A stretch of DNA of 64,000 bases from Patescibacteria group bacterium (GTDB lineage Bacteria > Patescibacteriota > Patescibacteriia > Patescibacteriales > UBA12465): NCBI GenBank assembly GCA_049318005.1, contig JBMOHE010000001.1, positions 51,440 to 115,439 on the forward strand, read 5' to 3'. Position 1 is the first letter of the stretch. Each line of letters begins with the position of its first letter. This document shows, piece after piece, positions 63,701 to 64,000 of the stretch. The notes below the pieces were generated by a model. The model was not told the origin of the DNA. It was given only the letters and a program-made list of their open reading frames with translations, and did not search any database. Both the position numbers and the translations under genes were made by a program.

Positions 63701-64000
63701 TTAGCCTGTATCTTAAGGCTCCCTGGTGTTGTGTTAATATCAATACTAGTTGCACTATCATATAAAGTTGTTGGGCATGTTAATGGTCCAGCGCCAATTT
63801 CGGTCCAACTAGTCTGATAGCAAACTTGGTTTCTCCACCTAGTAACATAAGTGTTTTTACTAATTGATCTATTATTCCAACTAACATTTATTATTATTCT
63901 TTGAACAGATGGATCGTCTCCGTTACCACCGACACAAGGCGGAAAATTATTATCATTGATAATATTATTTGAAGCATCGCGGCAAACATTAGAAACGGTA
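63701..64000 (-). CDS. C-terminal fragment of a Cys-containing secreted protein (N-terminus beyond the window)
   Basis: My translation is ..TVSNVCRDASNNIINDNNFPPCVGGNGDDPSVQRIIINVSWNNRSISKNTYVTRWRNQVCYQTSWTEIGAGPLTCPTTLYDSATSIDINTTPGSLKIQAN, with the stop at 63701-63703. A pilin-like globular domain is possible but unproven. Confidence 0.35.

Noticed and set aside
1-64000. CRISPR arrays, rRNA genes, IS elements with terminal inverted repeats, reverse transcriptase/DGR components.
   Set aside because: I found no short regularly spaced direct repeats, no rRNA-like conserved stretches, no transposase-like ORFs and no RT motifs. The only large repeats are the 226-bp island boundaries and the intragenic 1797-bp units.

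Overview
AT-rich (about one-third G+C by eye), tightly packed bacterial chromosome segment with about 75 protein genes, mostly on the minus strand. It has 4 tRNAs (Trp-CCA, Tyr-GTA, Thr-GGT, Glu-CTC), no rRNA and no CRISPR array. The gene content looks like a reduced, episymbiont-type CPR/Patescibacteria genome, but this is inference only and no database was searched. The pointers are short genes, many secreted or membrane hypotheticals with internal repeats, TrbC/VirB2-like pilins, type IV pilus genes, a partial glycolysis block and ECF sigma modules. Confident housekeeping calls are tspO, adk, rubrerythrin plus an unlisted 44-aa desulforedoxin, an AI-2E transporter, an unlisted rpmG (L33), mutM, tpiA, a GalE-like epimerase, gyrB, eno, pgk, an L,D-transpeptidase, clpB, def and fmt. 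Two accessory regions stand out. (1) 44.4-54.0 kb is an integrated element at the 3' end of tRNA-Glu, bounded by perfect 226-bp direct repeats. It carries a large serine recombinase, an HUH rolling-circle Rep with an adjacent palindrome-rich ori-like region, an Abi_2 (AbiD/F) gene with unknown neighbours, and a second copy of an ECF-sigma / membrane protein / small secreted protein triad. (2) 54.9-64.0 kb is a type IV pilus-like cluster: a PilM-PilN fusion, a PilO-like protein, a LytR_C protein, two pilin-like proteins and a beta-lactamase-like hydrolase. It is built around a 1394-aa protein made of 12 copies of a ~100-aa module I could not name, arranged as two 1797-bp super-repeats that share a 587-bp perfectly identical core. 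This cluster is my best candidate for an undescribed system. Other oddities: a WecA/MraY-like GT4 fused to QueH; a membrane-anchored Clp ATPase whose first AAA module looks dead; a CIRCE operator in front of clpB; a domain-deleted iPGM-like gene in the pgk-eno operon; and several structured intergenic elements. All coordinates, repeats and motifs were read by hand from the sequence. Family assignments rest on remembered motifs and need HMM or structure confirmation.
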